Both the position numbers and the translations under genes were made by a program. The notes beneath the pieces are model-generated. The model was not told the DNA's origin, ran no database searches, and saw only the letters and a program-made list of their open reading frames with translations. Below, in pieces: positions 63,359 through 64,000 of a stretch of DNA of 64,000 nt. The DNA lies in contig FLMG01001956.1 in NCBI GenBank assembly GCA_900088475.1, positions 124,001 through 188,000 on the forward strand, in the 5' to 3' direction. This DNA comes from Hyphochytrium catenoides. Lineage: Eukaryota > Protista > Hyphochytriomycota. Position 1 is the first letter of the stretch. Every line of letters begins with the position of its first letter.

Positions 63359-64000
63359 CAACCAAATGCTGGCATATAACTAATGTAAACATTGCGGCCA
63401 GAGTCTGATATTCAAGGCTGCCGTCCCATCACAGTGGGATTGATAGAAGTATAACCCTTCGCATGTCGAAACTCAGCGTCCACTCTACTCCCAGAGCGAA
63501 CCTCGCCTCGTACTTTCTCAGTGACAGACCGGATCCATCTGGACGAGGATTGGGAACCGTCGGTTTTCTCATCAGTTGTACGACTAGCAGAGTGCAATAA
63601 GATCCTCGAACAAATCTTCAAGAGGATTGAATGAGTGCTTACATTAGATGGCTTTTTAGTTTACTCCACTAGAAAGGTTTGCTAGATTCGAGAATTGGAA
63701 GGTGGGGAAGCTATTCCTTGGGACTTAACACTTATATTCGTCCACTACTAGTGCTGTATTACAAGATCTTCTTTAAAAGCCCTCATTTGGTATGCCTTTG
63801 TATTGGTTGTGCAGTGTGCCGTGACCAACAGCATCTGTCAGCAGTCAGCTTTGGTGGCCAAGCAAGATGATTCTGACGCTCATCAACCTGATGTCAGTCA
63901 AGGCTCATTGTTGAAGAAGTCCCCGACCACACGCCTTTCTGTGGCGGCAGCGTAACTCATTTACCTCTATTCTAACCCATTCTACGCTGCAAAGACCAAC

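Noticed and set aside
63412-64000. Possible last exon of a minus-strand gene
   Set aside because: Plausible acceptor and stop, but no linkable upstream exon or recognisable product within the window.
1-64000. tRNA, rRNA, snRNA, CRISPR arrays, intact transposons, prokaryotic operons
   Set aside because: No diagnostic motifs, terminal repeats or RT/transposase ORFs seen by eye; a covariance-model scan would be needed to exclude small RNAs.

Overview
Gene-dense eukaryotic nuclear DNA with many short (~50-200 nt) spliceosomal introns, from a flagellated protist; stramenopile-like is an inference. There are no prokaryotic features. About 18 protein genes can be assembled by hand: PA28 (3' part), a PIP/SIM/Tudor/Nse5-like protein, an LRR-transmembrane-GLTP fusion, RIB72/EFHC, a hidden 11-exon CSPP1-motif gene, a weak hypothetical gene, CFAP52, a GT-A glycosyltransferase, SEC6, a UBL-AN1 zinc finger, AATF, the SPT small subunit, an intronless DUF445 gene, an intronless AMT1, TXNDC9, NME7, WDR89 and a 14-kb BLTP2/FMP27 with two assembly gaps. 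Three things stand out. (1) A receptor-like STK11IP-type LRR / multi-TM / CPTP-ACD11-type lipid-transfer fusion whose domains are joined in one uninterrupted exon. (2) A tandem same-strand run of microtubule-lumen/ciliary genes (RIB72, CSPP1-like, CFAP52), with NME7 nearby. (3) A candidate Smc5/6 recruiter with an unfamiliar domain set. All family calls come from motif recognition by eye, not from database searches.
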